From Pedosphaera sp. (lineage in GTDB: Bacteria; Verrucomicrobiota; Verrucomicrobiia; Limisphaerales; SIBH01), in contig JANOQV010000105.1 of assembly GCA_031414955.1 (NCBI GenBank), positions 40,653 to 104,652 on the forward strand: a DNA stretch of 64,000 nucleotides, in the 5' to 3' direction. The notes beneath the pieces are model-generated. The model was not told the origin of the DNA, ran no database searches, and worked only from the letters and a program-made list of their open reading frames with translations. The position numbers were made by a program, and so were the translations under genes. Positions 18,208-27,295 of this stretch are shown in pieces; the first letter of the stretch is position 1; each line of letters starts with the position of its first letter.

Positions 18208-18954
18208 TTATCGGGCCGGAGCCGGAACCGGAGATCCGGCCTCAGCGCGCGGGCGCTTGGCCTTCTTCGACGCCTTGAAAATGTCGCCGAGGGCAGGAAA
18301 CAGATTTTCGCGCACCACCTCGTTCGTGGACAGCACGGGCAGCAGCGCCCACATCAACTTGCCCGTGATGTCGTCTTGCGTTTTCAAGTTCTGCATCACG
18401 GCGTCCTTCAGGCCGATGTTGAGCACCTGATTCTTCCGGGCGTCTGCGAGGTCGGTAAACCTGAGCCGGTCGATGGTGAGATACAGAGTGTCGATGCCGT
18501 CGAAATTGTCCCCGGCGCTGGGGTCCTTCTCCTTGTTCCGGCGTTTGCGCTCCTGGGCGTGCTTATCCAGCAAGTCGAGATTGGAAACACCGTTCTTGTC
18601 CTTCACGAGGTGAAGTTCGGCCAGATGCACTCGCAGGGTCTTGAGCCGGATTTTCCCTTGGCCCGCCGCGTCGATGTCGTACTCCATGCGCATCTCGGGC
18701 AGATCGAGCAGGCTGCCGCCGCCGAAGCCAGCCGGGTTGTAAATCTTCAAGCCCTGCATGTTCATCGTGGGGGTGGCCAGGCCCAGTTCCATTCTCGTGA
18801 TCTGCGCGTCCATGCCGGTGCCGTCGCGCAGGTTCCGTTCCGTGAGGGTTTTGGCCAGCACGTCCTTGAGCAGCACCAACGCCACCACCAGCAGCACGCC
18901 GCTAAAAATCAGCGTGACGGTGGCGCGGATGATCCAGCGTAGAATCGTTCTCAT
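18208..18954 (-). CDS. AsmA-like membrane-anchored protein
   Basis: N-terminal TM, then GLKIYNPAGF and LVKDKNGVSNL beta-rich AsmA-like pattern. Confidence 0.6.
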   Translation of the reverse strand: MRTILRWIIRATVTLIFSGVLLVVALVLLKDVLAKTLTERNLRDGTGMDAQITRMELGLATPTMNMQGLKIYNPAGFGGGSLLDLPEMRMEYDIDAAGQGKIRLKTLRVHLAELHLVKDKNGVSNLDLLDKHAQERKRRNKEKDPSAGDNFDGIDTLYLTIDRLRFTDLADARKNQVLNIGLKDAVMQNLKTQDDITGKLMWALLPVLSTNEVVRENLFPALGDIFKASKKAKRPRAEAGSPVPAPAR

Positions 18955-19054
18955 GTAACTTGGTCCACAATCCTGACCGATGGCCGTCCCGAGGCCGATG
19001 GCCCCGGCCCCGAAGTCCAGGACACCAACGGTTGGTCGCATCTCCTTGTCACCT

Positions 19055-19663
19055 TCAGAGCGGAATGTCCTCCGGCCGAACTTCCAGGCACTCATCCTGA
19101 TCCTCCCAAATCACGGCCGCGTAACTCTCCAGCAACCTGGGCGCAAGCGTTTGCCCAGCGGTGGCCAGCAGACGCTCCGCCGTCTGCGCGGCCTCCTCCA
19201 GTTTGTCCTGATAACCGCCGCCTCGCTTCTGCTTCTCCTTCTCCCAATGCGCCACGCCGTGGACCGGCGCGTAGTCGTCAGCCCATTGGGCCAGCTCAGT
19301 TTGGAGCGCGGACGGAATGTCTTCAAACGCCACGGCCGTGCCGCCGCAATGCGTGCAGCCCAGGCCCGACTCCTTCACATCGCGCGTCAGCAACGGCACC
19401 AGCGGCGCGCGGCAACACTCCGCTTCGAGATAAGCGGCCGGCAGGGTGGCCAACCGTCGCAATGAGAGTCCCCGGTCATGCGCCGTTTGCGCCGCGAGCC
19501 GGTAGGCACCGAGCAACGGGTGCGAGAGACGCCAGGTCCGGCCTTCCAACTGGCCGAGCGTCTGCGCCATCCACCGCGCCAGCTTCAAGTCGTCGAACTC
19601 TTTGAAGACGTTCGCGTACTCCTGCCAAAGTTTGTCGAGAGGTGATTCCGGATTGCCCGCCAT
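19055..19663 (-). CDS. Conserved hypothetical protein with a putative zinc site
   Basis: ECCRAP and CTHC cysteine motifs; host-like codon usage. Confidence 0.6.
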   Translation of the reverse strand: MAGNPESPLDKLWQEYANVFKEFDDLKLARWMAQTLGQLEGRTWRLSHPLLGAYRLAAQTAHDRGLSLRRLATLPAAYLEAECCRAPLVPLLTRDVKESGLGCTHCGGTAVAFEDIPSALQTELAQWADDYAPVHGVAHWEKEKQKRGGGYQDKLEEAAQTAERLLATAGQTLAPRLLESYAAVIWEDQDECLEVRPEDIPL

Positions 19664-19905
19664 TGGCGCGGACGTTCCGGGTTCACCGGGCAAAGTTCAA
19701 GGGTGAAGGCGCGAGGAGAATGACTGCGCGTGCTGTTCGGCCCGGTGGCCGGTTAGCCAGCGGGGCGGGGCGCACTGGTGGCGATGAGACAATTTCCACC
19801 TTGCCGGCACGGGTCGTTGAGACTTTCCAGATGCACCGACTTTGACGATCTCGGCAACTCTCAACTTCCAACCTTGAACCTCCTCTGCTACCAACGGCGC
19901 GCTCA

Positions 19906-20979
19906 ATGCGCAGTGAATTGAACAACGCCCAACGAATCGTCGTGAAGCTCGGCACGGCCGTGCTCACGGACCAACACAAGCAGCCCGACCTCGCCCAAAT
20001 GGGGCAGCTCGTGGCGCAAATGTCTCAACTCCGCAAAGACGGGAAGGAAGTCGTCATCGTCACCTCCGGCGCGGTCGGCGCAGGCATGGGCGTGCTCGGA
20101 TACGAGGACCGGCCCAGCTCGGTCGCGGAACAGCAGGCCTGCGCGGCCGTCGGCCAGTCGCGGCTCATGGCGACTTACGAGAAGCTCTTTGCCCACTACG
20201 GTTTGCACGTCGGGCAAGTGTTGGTCACGCACGCGGACTTGCAGGACGAGCAACGCCATCGCAACGCGCGCAACACTCTCACCACCCTGCTCCGCCGCGG
20301 CGTCATCCCCGTCATCAACGAGAACGACGCCGTCTCCACCACCGAGCTGAAGTTCGGCGACAACGACAAGCTCTCCGCGCTCATCGCCGCGCTGCTGCCG
20401 GCGGATCTGCTGGTGATTCTCACCAGCGTGGACGGGGTGATTGAACACTTTGGCAAGGCGAACGCGCGGCGGCTGTCCGTGATCGAGTCCATCGACGGAC
20501 AGATCGAATCGATAGCCGGCGGAACAACGAGCGCGACGGCGGTGGGCGGGATGAAGTCGAAAATTCAAGCGGCGAAGATTGTCGTCCGCAGCGGCATCCC
20601 GCTGATCATCGCACCGGGACGTGGCAAGAAAGTGCTCGCCGAAATCATGGCAGGCGAAGATGTCGGCACACTGTTCCAACCGCAGCCTGGCAAACTGCGC
20701 GGACGCAAGCGCTGGATCGCATTTTTTCATCATCCGCAGGGCGCAGTCATCGTGGACGCAGGCGCGCGACGCGCGCTCGTCGAGAACGGCCGCAGCCTGC
20801 TGCCGCCCGGCGTGACCCGCTGTGAAGGCACGTTCGCCGCCGGCGACATCGTGAGCATCTGCGACGGCGACGGCCTGGAGTTTGCGCGCGGCATCGCACG
20901 CTGCGGCGCGGCGGAGATCAGCGAGCGCAAGGCGGCGCGCGGTGAAGTCGTGCATCGGGATGACTTGGTAATTCTGTGA
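19906..20979 (+). CDS. proB: Glutamate 5-kinase
   Basis: VVKLGT, VTSGAV, AAVGQ, INEND, FGDNDKLSA, GGMKSK and a C-terminal PUA domain (VHRDDLV). Confidence 0.95.
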   Translation: MRSELNNAQRIVVKLGTAVLTDQHKQPDLAQMGQLVAQMSQLRKDGKEVVIVTSGAVGAGMGVLGYEDRPSSVAEQQACAAVGQSRLMATYEKLFAHYGLHVGQVLVTHADLQDEQRHRNARNTLTTLLRRGVIPVINENDAVSTTELKFGDNDKLSALIAALLPADLLVILTSVDGVIEHFGKANARRLSVIESIDGQIESIAGGTTSATAVGGMKSKIQAAKIVVRSGIPLIIAPGRGKKVLAEIMAGEDVGTLFQPQPGKLRGRKRWIAFFHHPQGAVIVDAGARRALVENGRSLLPPGVTRCEGTFAAGDIVSICDGDGLEFARGIARCGAAEISERKAARGEVVHRDDLVIL

Positions 20980-21632
20980 AAAGGAAATCCCCCGCCATCA
21001 ACGACCTGCTCGCCGTCATGGCAAAACTCCGCTCGCCCAAGGGCTGCCCGTGGGACCGCGAGCAGGATCACATGACCCTGCGCTTTCACGCGGTCGAGGA
21101 AGTCTATGAACTGATGGACGCCATCGAAGCCGGCGACGATCACGAGATGGCGGAGGAACTGGGCGACCTCTTGCTGCAAGTCGTCTTTCATTGCCAGCTC
21201 GCGCGCGAGCGCGGCGCGTTCGACTTCGAAAAGGTGGCGCGCATCATCACGGACAAGCTCATCCGCCGCCACCCGCACGTCTTCGGCGACGTGAAGGTGA
21301 AGAACGTCGCCCAGGTCTGGGCCAACTGGGAGCAGATCAAGCGGGCCGAGAAGAAGGGCACGAAACATGACCGGCCCTCGGCCTTCGACGGCATCCCGAA
21401 ACACCTCCCCGCCCTGCTCCGCGCCGAGAAACTGGTGAAGAAGGCGCGCAAGGCGAAGGTGTTTGGTGAATTGAAGGGCGGACCGAAGTTCTCACGTCAG
21501 GATGTCAGTCGCGCGCTCTTTGCCGCGGTGGAAATGGCCCAGCAACGCGGCTGGTCCGCCGAGGAATTGCTGCGCGCAGAAACCAAGCGATGGGAGCGCG
21601 TGTGGCGCAAGATGGAGGCGAAGAAACCTTAG
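20976..21632 (+). CDS. mazG: MazG-family nucleoside triphosphate pyrophosphohydrolase
   Basis: LRSPKGCPWDREQ, EEVYEL, EELGDLLLQVVFH and KLIRRHPHVFG. Second domain shortened. Confidence 0.85.
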   Translation: MKRKSPAINDLLAVMAKLRSPKGCPWDREQDHMTLRFHAVEEVYELMDAIEAGDDHEMAEELGDLLLQVVFHCQLARERGAFDFEKVARIITDKLIRRHPHVFGDVKVKNVAQVWANWEQIKRAEKKGTKHDRPSAFDGIPKHLPALLRAEKLVKKARKAKVFGELKGGPKFSRQDVSRALFAAVEMAQQRGWSAEELLRAETKRWERVWRKMEAKKP

Positions 21633-21638
21633 CGCCAA

Positions 21639-21828
21639 AGCCGCGGCAGCAAGTAGCCCACAGCGTGAACTGTGGGCCACGAGTCATCAAAGATTTCAGC
21701 CCCGGCGGGGCGAAAGAACTTTGGCCCGATGGGAGTCTCTATCTTGCGCCCCGCTGGGTCTTGAGCCTTCTCGTGCGCTGATCCCACGGCTGACGCCGTG
21801 GGCTACTCTCCAACGCCGCTCTGCGGCT
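21639..21828. repeat. REP doublet (REPIN-like), empty form
   Basis: Left arm TAGCCCACAGCGTGAACTGTGGG...AGCCCCGGCGGGGCG; right arm CGCCCCGCTGGGTCT...CCCACGGCTGACGCCGTGGGCTA; about 34 bp between arms. Confidence 0.75.
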
Positions 21829-21869
21829 CCAGTGTCGAGTCCACGCGCAACTGCACCCGTCTTGTCCTG

Positions 21870-22745
21870 CTAAAACTTCACACCTTCGAGATACTTCAAA
21901 CTGCCCGGCATGTGCCGCGCGGCCTCATCCGCCTCGTCTTCGATGAAGTACCATTTCACATCCGCCTTTTTCGCCGCCGCGAGAATGGCCGGCCAGTCCA
22001 TGACGCCGGTGCCGAGTTCCACGTCGTTGTTCACATCGGACTTGCCGGTGAGGTCGCCCTTGGTGCCGATCTTCATATCCTTGACGTGCATCAGCTCGAA
22101 ACGGCTGCCGTACTTGTTGAGCAGCTTGACCGGGTCCTGGCCGGGATGGACGACCCAGAAGACATCCATCTCGTAGCTCACCAGCTTGGGATCGGTCTCA
22201 GCCATGATGAGGTCGAAGAGCGTGCCGTTGCCGTGCGGACGGAACTCATAGCCGTGCGTGTGGTAGAAGAATTTGATGCCGTGCTCGGCCAGCGCCTTGC
22301 CGGCTGCGTTGAACACCGCCGCTGCGTCGCGCGCTTCCTTCTCATCGAAGTCACCCTGGTGCGGAATCCACGCGCAGCCGGCGAACTTCAAGCCCAGTTC
22401 CTCGGCCAGATGCGCCACGCCGTGGGCGTTGGTGCGATACATGTCGTAGGAAAAATGGCCGCTGACCGCATTCAACCCGTTGGACTTGAGCAGGGCGAGG
22501 AAAGGCTCCGGCTTCATGTCGTAAGTGCCGGCGAGTTCCACGTCCTTGAAGCCGAAGGTCGCAACCCGGGCCATCGTGCCCGGCACGTCCTTCTTGAAAT
22601 CCGCGCGCAAGCTGTAGAGTTGGAGGCCAATCGGCCCCTTGAAACTCGCGCCGGTCCCGGCAGTGGGAGCGCTGGCGCAGCCGGAGAACAGCAGCGCGGC
22701 CAGGACGGTTGAACCTACAACGGCGAACAAGGTGAAGTGCTTCAT
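21870..22745 (-). CDS. Sugar phosphate isomerase/epimerase (TIM barrel), lipoprotein
   Basis: Lipobox [37 protein letters not shown] and FIEDE. Confidence 0.85.
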   Translation of the reverse strand: MKHFTLFAVVGSTVLAALLFSGCASAPTAGTGASFKGPIGLQLYSLRADFKKDVPGTMARVATFGFKDVELAGTYDMKPEPFLALLKSNGLNAVSGHFSYDMYRTNAHGVAHLAEELGLKFAGCAWIPHQGDFDEKEARDAAAVFNAAGKALAEHGIKFFYHTHGYEFRPHGNGTLFDLIMAETDPKLVSYEMDVFWVVHPGQDPVKLLNKYGSRFELMHVKDMKIGTKGDLTGKSDVNNDVELGTGVMDWPAILAAAKKADVKWYFIEDEADEAARHMPGSLKYLEGVKF

Positions 22746-22842
22746 GCGCGGATTAAGCCGAAGCGGCGCACGGCCCGCAAGTGGAGTTTGGTGTTGGCCC
22801 CGCCCCGGCGCATCCCTACGCTCGCGCCGAATTCCAAAAGGC

Positions 22843-24318
22843 ATGAACGACGCAAACACGACCGCCGCGGTTTCCTCCGATGCGCCCGCGCGCGAAGCGG
22901 AGACGCTCCGCGAGATCTCGCCCCAGCAATGGAAGTCCGGCACCGCCGCGTGGCTGGGCTGGCTCTTCGACGGGCTGGACATGCACATCTACACGCTGGT
23001 GGCGACGGCGTTCGTCGCGATTCTTCTGAACGGCGACAGCTTCCGTTCGGAGTTCTCCAAGCTCGACGCGGATGGCAACAGCCAGATCACGATGCTCGAA
23101 TGGGCCGGCGCAGAACAGTTCGCTCAAGCGGATCGAGATGGGAGTGGAACCGTCTCGCGCGAAGAGCATGAAGTTTTCGCCGCGCGCAGCCACACCGGCG
23201 ATCAGGCGACGAAGGAGAAAAGCTCGTGGATTCAGGCGGCGTTCCTCGTCGGCTGGGCGCTGGGCGGGGCGTTCTTCGGGCGCATTGGCGATTTGCTCGG
23301 ACGCAGCCGCGCGCTCTGCCTCACGGTCCTGACTTATGCACTGTTTACCGGCCTCTCGTTCTTCGCGCAAGAATGGTGGCATCTGCTCATCTTCCGTTTT
23401 CTCGCCGCGCTTGGCATTGGTGGTGAATGGGCCGTCGGCTCCACGTTGCTCGCCGAGACCTGGCCCAAACGCTGGCGGCCTTGGACGGCGGCCGTGTTGC
23501 AAACCGGGGTGAACCTCGGCGTGCTCGTCGCCTGCCTCGCGGGCGTGTTGCTCCAGGGGCGTCATCCGAAATGGATCTTCCTCATCGGCGTGGTGCCGGC
23601 GCTGCTCGTCTTCTGGATTCGCCGCCATGTCCCGGAGCCGGAAGCCTGGAGCGCGGCGGCGGCGAAAAAGGCGCGTCCACCCAGCGTGGGCGATTTGTTT
23701 CGCGGCCCCACGCGCCGGATCACCCTGGTCTCCATCCTGATCTGCGCGCTCGGCCTCACCGGATGGTGGGCCTTCATGTTCTGGCAGGCGCAACACGTCC
23801 GCAGCCTGCCCGAGGTCGTCGCGATGGGCGCGGGCGAGCGGGACCGGTTGGTCGCGGTCACCTTCGCCCTCATCATCAGCATCTCCATCATCGGGAACTT
23901 CGTGGCGGGCGCGCTGGCGAAAAGATTTGGCTACAAAACCGCGCTCGTGATCATGTTCGGCGGATTCTTCGTCACCTTCCTCGCCACCTTCGGCCCGGAG
24001 CATCCGCTGCCGGCGCTGACCCGCTTCTGGCTGCCGGCGGTGGGATTCTGGAGCGGCTTGTTCGGACTGTTCACCATGCTGCTGCCGCCGCTCTTTCCGA
24101 CCCTGCTGCGCACCACGGGCGCGGGCTTCTGCTACAACATCGGCCGTATCGCCGCCGCCGCCGGCACGATCTTCGCCGCGCAGATTTCGCGCGGGGGCAA
24201 CTTCCGACAGACGCTGTTCTACACCGGCTTCCTCTTCCTCCTCGCCATTCCCGCCGTGCTGCTGCTGCCCAAGTCCACCGGCGAGGAACCCGCGGCCGCC
24301 ACGGAACCGGTGGATTGA
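22843..24318 (+). CDS. MFS transporter with an inserted EF-hand pair
   Basis: [30 protein letters not shown] and ELFPT-like [20 protein letters not shown] and [12 protein letters not shown] lie between TM1 and TM2. Confidence 0.85.
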   Translation: MNDANTTAAVSSDAPAREAETLREISPQQWKSGTAAWLGWLFDGLDMHIYTLVATAFVAILLNGDSFRSEFSKLDADGNSQITMLEWAGAEQFAQADRDGSGTVSREEHEVFAARSHTGDQATKEKSSWIQAAFLVGWALGGAFFGRIGDLLGRSRALCLTVLTYALFTGLSFFAQEWWHLLIFRFLAALGIGGEWAVGSTLLAETWPKRWRPWTAAVLQTGVNLGVLVACLAGVLLQGRHPKWIFLIGVVPALLVFWIRRHVPEPEAWSAAAAKKARPPSVGDLFRGPTRRITLVSILICALGLTGWWAFMFWQAQHVRSLPEVVAMGAGERDRLVAVTFALIISISIIGNFVAGALAKRFGYKTALVIMFGGFFVTFLATFGPEHPLPALTRFWLPAVGFWSGLFGLFTMLLPPLFPTLLRTTGAGFCYNIGRIAAAAGTIFAAQISRGGNFRQTLFYTGFLFLLAIPAVLLLPKSTGEEPAAATEPVD

Positions 24319-24365
24319 TTCCGCTTGCCAGTCCGCGCGGCGGACAGGAACTTCGCCGTGCTCGC

Positions 24366-25523
24366 ATGAATGTCCGCTTAAACAGCTTCGTTGGAGCACT
24401 GCTGCTGGCCGCCGTGGCGCAGGCCAGTCCGCCGGGAGAATCCTTCTTCACCAACCGCGTCCCGCACGCCTTCGAGATCGAGATCCCCTGGACGAACCTC
24501 GTCGCGTTGCGCCGCGAACCGCGCGAGTACGTGCGGGCTACCGTCCGCTGCGCTGGCCTCAGCTACACCAACGTCGGCGTTCACATCAAGGGCGTGGCCA
24601 CCTTCCGCCCCATCGACGACAAGCCGTCGCTGACCTTGAACTTCAGCAAGTTCGCCCCCAAGCAACGCTTTCACGGGCTGAAGAAGGTTCATCTCAACAA
24701 CGGCAAGGAAGACCCCTCGTTCCTCTGCGAAGCTCTCAGTGCGGAAATGTTCGCTGCCGGTGGTCTGTCCGTGGCGCGCGTGACGCACGCCAGCGCGAAG
24801 TTGAACGGCCGCGACCTCGGGGCCTACGCGGCCATCGAGGGATTCACCGAGGAATTCCTGGGCCGCTACTTCGAGAAGACCAAGGGCAACCTCTACGACA
24901 GCGGTTTCCGCAAGGACATCAACGCCTCGCTGGAGAAACTCTCGGGCAAGAAGCCCCACGACTGGGCCGACCTGCAACAGCTCGCCGCCGCCGCGCGCAC
25001 GCCCGACCTGACGCAGCGTTGGGAGCGCTTGACGCGCTCGCTCGACACGAACAACTTCGCGCGCTACCTGGCCATGCAGGTGCTCACGGCCAACTGGGAC
25101 GGCTACGCGATGTACAAAAATAATTACCGCCTCTATCACGACCCAGCTTCCGACCGGCTCTTCTTCATGCCCCACGGGATGGATCAGATGTTCGCGCGCC
25201 CCACCATGCCGATGGTGCCGGTGTGGCAGGGCTTGGTGGCGAATGCATTCATGGCAACCTCCGAGGGCCAGGCGCTGTACCAGGAACACGTCGCGATGCT
25301 CTACACCAACACTTATCAGACCGAGGTGCTGGTGGGCCGGGTCGATGAACTCGCGGCCCGCGTGCGTCCGCTGCTCGGGGCCGGCCACGATGTGCCGCCC
25401 GAGGAACACGACGCTCTCGTCGCCCTGCTGCGCCGGCAAATCGTCCAGCGCGGCGCGTTCCTCGGCCAGCAACTCGGCACCACCAACTGGATGACCCCGC
25501 GCCGCTGGGTGGCGCGGCCTTGA
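24366..25523 (+). CDS. CotH kinase family secreted protein
   Basis: Signal peptide; VGVHIKG, KPSL.LNF, LNNGKEDPSF, NWDGY...NNYRLYHD and FMPHGMD. Confidence 0.85.
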   Translation: MNVRLNSFVGALLLAAVAQASPPGESFFTNRVPHAFEIEIPWTNLVALRREPREYVRATVRCAGLSYTNVGVHIKGVATFRPIDDKPSLTLNFSKFAPKQRFHGLKKVHLNNGKEDPSFLCEALSAEMFAAGGLSVARVTHASAKLNGRDLGAYAAIEGFTEEFLGRYFEKTKGNLYDSGFRKDINASLEKLSGKKPHDWADLQQLAAAARTPDLTQRWERLTRSLDTNNFARYLAMQVLTANWDGYAMYKNNYRLYHDPASDRLFFMPHGMDQMFARPTMPMVPVWQGLVANAFMATSEGQALYQEHVAMLYTNTYQTEVLVGRVDELAARVRPLLGAGHDVPPEEHDALVALLRRQIVQRGAFLGQQLGTTNWMTPRRWVARP

Positions 25524-25639
25524 GGTCAGGGTCAGTTTGGAGGCCACCCGGCCCACGCCCCGCCGGAAGAGAGACGGAAAAGCGAAAGGCCAGGGAGGTG
25601 GCGGCGACCTCCGACCGTGTGCCGGGCGGGTTCAACCCC

Positions 25640-25870
25640 CAGGGCCGACGCATCTCAATTTGGTGAGATCCCACGGGGGAAAACCCAAACCCCAAACACC
25701 AGGGAAGCTCCAAACCCCAAGATCCAAGCGGTGGCGGCTCCGACTGGGCCGATGGCCTGGAGGCTCCGGGGCGCTTTGAGGTTTGGAGCTTGGGGTTTCT
25801 CTGGTGCTTGGTGCTTGGGGTTTGGGGTTTCGGAGGCTCGTGGCGCGCCGATTTAGATGCGTCGGCCCGG
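25640..25870. mobile_element. 231-bp MITE with 16-bp TIRs and a 10-bp target-site duplication
   Basis: TIRs CAGGGCCGACGCATCT / AGATGCGTCGGCCCGG (15/16). Flanked by GTTCAACCCC at 25630-25639 and 25871-25880. Interior made of inverted heptamer-like repeats. Confidence 0.8.
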
Positions 25871-25972
25871 GTTCAACCCCGGATGGAAAGGACGCTGCGC
25901 GCGACCACACCCCACTTCCAAACCATCCTCCCCGCCGCGCTCCGGTCCTTTCCAATCCTTTGGTGATTAGGC
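25871..25972 (-). other. Degenerate integron attC site
   Basis: Minus strand reads GCCTAA(TCAC)C-AAAGG-ATTGGAAAGGAC ... GTCCTTTCCAT-CCGGG-GTTGAAC: R''/L''/L'/R' layout with an extrahelical base and a GTTRRRY end. Confidence 0.65.
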
Positions 25973-26428
25973 GGCATCGTCTTCATACCAAAGTGAAAAG
26001 TCAGCAAATCGAATCTGCAACTCAATGCCGGATGAGAACAGAATACGATGCTCGAAGAGGCCAGCCGAGATGACCTCAATCTCGTCATAGCCTAAATCGC
26101 CGTAACCATGCGGCCCACCCAAGCCCTTCTTGGGGTCGGCAGTGCTGGTGAGCGAGCGAACATCTCGGTAAGTCAGCCGAAACTCACGGCTGCCGGGAGA
26201 ATACTTGCCTTTGTCTCTGCGCTCACCATCAAGTCGCAACTCAAGTGTGCCGTCCATGAAATGTAGCCGGCGCAAATGAGAATCGTGCAAACTGACATCC
26301 CAATGAAGCCGCTTGAGGTCGGCTGGGAGAGATGCCTGAACCGACTCCATGTAGCGACAGTATTTGTCGTTTACAGCCATCTGGTTCTTCACTTTGCCTT
26401 CCCACCATTTGAGCGTGAAATACTTCAT
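25967..26428 (-). CDS. Integron-cassette hypothetical protein (DUF4085-like)
   Basis: 153-aa low-GC ORF with MKYFT..W, LP..L..L...SLHD and GYDEIE...FEHRILFSSG.E..I.F. Stop codon lies inside the attC R'' box. Confidence 0.75.
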   Translation of the reverse strand: MKYFTLKWWEGKVKNQMAVNDKYCRYMESVQASLPADLKRLHWDVSLHDSHLRRLHFMDGTLELRLDGERRDKGKYSPGSREFRLTYRDVRSLTSTADPKKGLGGPHGYGDLGYDEIEVISAGLFEHRILFSSGIELQIRFADFSLWYEDDAA

Positions 26429-26445
26429 GCGCGTAACAGGGTGCC

Positions 26446-26465
26446 GCCTAACATTGTTATTAAGC
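26446..26465 (-). other. attI-like recombination site
   Basis: Minus strand GCTTAATAACAAT-GTTAGGC resembles the attI1 simple site (CCCTAAAACAAAGTTRRRY). It ends 17 nt upstream of the cassette ATG. Confidence 0.6.
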
Positions 26466-26529
26466 CGCAGTGCTTGCACGGCATCGTGCAAGGTTGATTT
26501 CCACTGGAGCCTTTGTTTTCAATGGTCCG

Positions 26530-26754
26530 ATGCAAGCCGACTTCCGCATTTCTGTAAAGGATTCTGCGCGCGGTAAAACCCTCAAGGTCCAGCTCGCGCG
26601 CGTCCCTTTCAGCCGCCACTTCCTCGTGCGGATGAACGGGGCCAAGTGGCCGGGGGATGGGCGGCCGGTCTCGTTGTCCAAGGTCTTTGCCTCCTTGCGT
26701 AAGGCGGTGGTGCGGCGGGTGGAAGGTGGGTCGGCCGAGCCTGGTGCGGACTGA
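26530..26754 (+). CDS. Small basic hypothetical protein (74 aa), divergent from the attI-like site
   Basis: MQADFRISVKDSARGKTLKVQLARVPFSRHFLVRMNG.KWP.DGRPVSLSKVFASLRKAVV; GC-ending codons. Confidence 0.55.
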   Translation: MQADFRISVKDSARGKTLKVQLARVPFSRHFLVRMNGAKWPGDGRPVSLSKVFASLRKAVVRRVEGGSAEPGAD

Positions 26755-26883
26755 GTGGGCGAAGGTGGACCTGGCCTGGACCACCGTGGGGCGGTGGCAG
26801 GAGGTTCCATTTCTGAGCCACGTTTTCCAAGGACGGGACAGGGGCCGCTTTTTTTCCTCGAAAACCCCGTCGGGAGTGGTCGC

Positions 26884-26946
26884 CAGTTGATATTTTGGCG
26901 CGGTCAGTTGATAGGGAGCGACGGACAGTTGATATTTTGGCGTCGG
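26884..26946. repeat. Three tandem 21-bp repeats
   Basis: CAGTTGATA at 26884, 26905 and 26926. Units 1 and 3 share CAGTTGATATTTTGGCG. Confidence 0.8.
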
Positions 26947-27094
26947 CACTCGGTCGGGCGGCGCGGGCGTGTCCTATTTTTGGATCAACTCTGGATCGGG
27001 AGGCGTGGCGAGTGGCGGTCGGCGCGGTCCGATGGGGTGCGGAAGCGCCAATATCGTATGGCGGTGCCTGGCGTGGGGGTGGGCGATTTCCCAT

Positions 27095-27176
27095 TTCAAA
27101 GTTCAACTGTTCAAAGTTCAGAGTTCAAAGTTTCCGGTGCAGGGCAGGGAAAAACTTTGAACTTTGAATTCGAACT
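27095..27176. repeat. Inverted heptamer repeat array
   Basis: (TTCAAAG)-like x5, a short spacer, then (ACTTTGA)-like x3. Confidence 0.7.
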
Positions 27177-27295
27177 CCGAAGCAGCGGCGGCGCAGCCGC
27201 CGGGGTAGCCCGGGCCACTTTTTCCCATTTCAGAGTTCGGATTCAGAGCAGACACCATGAATCTTCCCGCGCCGGCCTCAGTCCATTTCCGCTTC

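Noticed and set aside
23427..24365. Apparent 698-aa CotH fusion with a long N-terminal extension
   Set aside because: The extension overlaps the MFS gene in another frame and is Arg-rich noise. A signal peptide begins at ATG 24366.
25628..25880. GGGTTCAACCCC resembling the tRNA-Leu T-arm (GGGTTCGACCCC) as a possible att duplicate
   Set aside because: The match does not extend to the acceptor stem and is explained better as the attC core plus the MITE target duplication.
26884..26946. Possible mini-CRISPR array
   Set aside because: The 21-bp period leaves no room for spacers, there are only three units, and no cas genes are present.
26755..27256. Degenerate integron integrase downstream of the small ORF
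   Set aside because: The available translations show no tyrosine recombinase motifs (R...HxxR...Y) in this interval.
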